Shown here piece after piece: positions 62,372 through 64,000 of a stretch of DNA of 64,000 nt (the stretch's first letter is position 1; each line of letters begins with the position of its first letter). Made by a program: the position numbers and the translations under genes. A model generated the notes under the pieces. It saw only the letters and a program-made list of their open reading frames with translations. It was not told the DNA's origin and did no database searches. Where the stretch lies: contig JAISJB010000005.1 of assembly GCA_031261715.1 (NCBI GenBank), positions 26,651 to 90,650 of the forward strand, given 5' to 3'. Source of the DNA: Endomicrobium sp. (GTDB taxonomy: Bacteria > Elusimicrobiota > Endomicrobiia > Endomicrobiales > Endomicrobiaceae).

Positions 62372-63571
62372 TTACTCTAATATTTCTGTAACTATTCCAG
62401 ACCCAACTGTTTTGCCACCTTCTCTTATTGCAAACCTTAATTGAGGTTCCATAGCTACTGGAGTTATCAATTCTATTTCCATAGATATATTGTCACCAGG
62501 CATAACCATTTCAACTCCTTGAGGAAGTTTAGCAATACCTGTTACATCTGTAGTACGAAAATAAAATTGTGGTCTGTATCCATTAAAAAATGGAGTATGT
62601 CTACCTCCTTCTTCTTTTTTTAAAACATAGACTTGACTTTTAAATTTTCTATGTGGCTTTATTGTCCCTGGTATCGCTATAACCTGACCCCTTTCAACTT
62701 GATTTTTTTCTATACCTCTTAATAACATTCCAATATTATCTCCAGCTTGCGCTTCATCGAGAAGTTTTCTAAACATTTCTATACCAGTTACAACAGATTT
62801 TCTAGTATCTTGAATACCTATTATTTCAACATTATCACCTATTTTAATCTTGCCTTTTTCTACTCTACCAGTAGCAACAGTGCCTCTACCTGTAATGGAA
62901 AAAACATCTTCTACACTCATCAAAAATGGTTTTTCTATGTCTCTAATTGGTAATGGTATAGTAGTATCTATAGATTCCATTAACTGCATTATAGAATCAA
63001 CTCCTGCTTGTTTTCCTTCCAGAGCTTGCAATGCACTCCCTTTAATAACAGGAATTTTATCCCCAGGGAAATTATATTTTGAAAGTAGATCACGTACTTC
63101 TATTTCTACTAAATCTAATAATTCCTGATCTTCTACTGCATCACATTTATTTAAAAAAACTACTATAGAGGGAACATTGACTTGTCTAGCAAGTAAAATG
63201 TGTTCTCTAGTTTGTGGCATTGGGCCATCTAAAGCGCTAACAACTAATATAGCTCCATCCATTTGTGCAGCACCAGTTATCATGTTTTTAATATAATCAG
63301 CATGTCCTGGACAATCTATGTGAGCATAATGTCTCTTAGCTGTAGAGTACTCTACATGACTCACAGCTATTGTCACTATCTTTGAATCATCTCGTCTACC
63401 TTGAGATTCTGAGGCTTTTGCCACTTGATCGTAAGATACATAACTCGCCAACCCTTTATCACTCAATACTTTTGTTATTGCAGCAGTTAATGTAGTTTTA
63501 CCATGATCAACATGTCCTATTGTTCCTATGTTGACATGCGGTTTACCTCTATCAAATTTTTCTTTAGCCAT
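62372..63571 (-). CDS. tuf: Elongation factor Tu
   Basis: [37 protein letters not shown]. Confidence 0.99.
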   Translation of the reverse strand: MAKEKFDRGKPHVNIGTIGHVDHGKTTLTAAITKVLSDKGLASYVSYDQVAKASESQGRRDDSKIVTIAVSHVEYSTAKRHYAHIDCPGHADYIKNMITGAAQMDGAILVVSALDGPMPQTREHILLARQVNVPSIVVFLNKCDAVEDQELLDLVEIEVRDLLSKYNFPGDKIPVIKGSALQALEGKQAGVDSIMQLMESIDTTIPLPIRDIEKPFLMSVEDVFSITGRGTVATGRVEKGKIKIGDNVEIIGIQDTRKSVVTGIEMFRKLLDEAQAGDNIGMLLRGIEKNQVERGQVIAIPGTIKPHRKFKSQVYVLKKEEGGRHTPFFNGYRPQFYFRTTDVTGIAKLPQGVEMVMPGDNISMEIELITPVAMEPQLRFAIREGGKTVGSGIVTEILE

Positions 63572-63592
63572 TATAAAATTACCTCTTAAAAT

Positions 63593-64000
63593 TTAAAGTT
63601 CTTTTTCTAATAATTTATTCATAATATTTTTTGGCACTGTGTCATAGTGAGATGGCTCCATACTGTAATTACCCCGTCCTTGTGTTAACGAGCGCAGAGT
63701 AGTTGAATATCCAAACATTTCAGAAAGTGGGACATTTGCTCTAATATGTTGTACCTTATTTTTAGCTTCCATATTTAAAATCTTACCTCTTCTAGAATTT
63801 AAATCTCCTATCACATCACCCATATATTCTTCAGATACAATAACTTCTATTTTCATTATAGGTTCTAAAATGATTGGATTTGCTTTTTTACATGCATCTT
63901 TAAATGCCATAGATCCTGCTATTTTAAATGCTAGGTCTGATGAATCTACTTCGTGAAATGAGCCATCAATAACAGTAACTTTGATATCAACAACTGGATA
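63593..64000 (-). CDS. fusA: Elongation factor G, C-terminal part (start outside window)
   Basis: [26 protein letters not shown]...LEPIMKIEV...[12 protein letters not shown]...[16 protein letters not shown]. Confidence 0.98.
   Translation of the reverse strand, partial: YPVVDIKVTVIDGSFHEVDSSDLAFKIAGSMAFKDACKKANPIILEPIMKIEVIVSEEYMGDVIGDLNSRRGKILNMEAKNKVQHIRANVPLSEMFGYSTTLRSLTQGRGNYSMEPSHYDTVPKNIMNKLLEKEL

Noticed and set aside
1813-63128. Numerous 60-136 aa ORFs nested in or antisense to housekeeping genes
   Set aside because: Codon-mirror shadows of conserved genes, without motifs or initiation signals.

Overview
AT-rich (roughly 25% GC by eye), densely coding, streamlined bacterial chromosome segment in the standard genetic code. 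It is most likely an Endomicrobium-like (Elusimicrobiota) endosymbiont; this is an inference from the EF-Tu effector-region insert, gene content and base composition. Nearly all genes lie on the minus strand. In order the window holds: lepA (partial), a transporter-less PTS relay (ptsN, ptsH, ptsI), lptCAB and kdsA, nadA, split B12-dependent MetH, hisS, PBP1A, a truncated RNase G/E, a radical-SAM fusion, four-subunit PFOR, dnaX, feoAB, lysC, Nfu, guaB, a rubredoxin-iscS-iscU-flavodiiron cluster, gatC-corA-gatA-gatB-lpxK, a porin, an orphan lipoprotein, mreBCD-mrdA-rodA and the S10-spc-alpha ribosomal superoperon with tuf and fusA (partial). Five tRNA genes are interspersed. I saw no mobile elements, CRISPR arrays or clear pseudogenes. 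Best leads: (1) an IscS homolog lacking the PLP Schiff-base lysine but keeping the catalytic Cys, clustered with O2-defence genes; (2) a nested aspartokinase beta-subunit start with a preserved internal Shine-Dalgarno (SD); (3) a natural minimal RNase G/E; (4) near-identical arms in tRNA-Ala(CGC) and tRNA-Gly(GCC); (5) a stand-alone mucin-like lipoprotein; (6) eroded UP-element-binding residues in the RNAP alpha-CTD.
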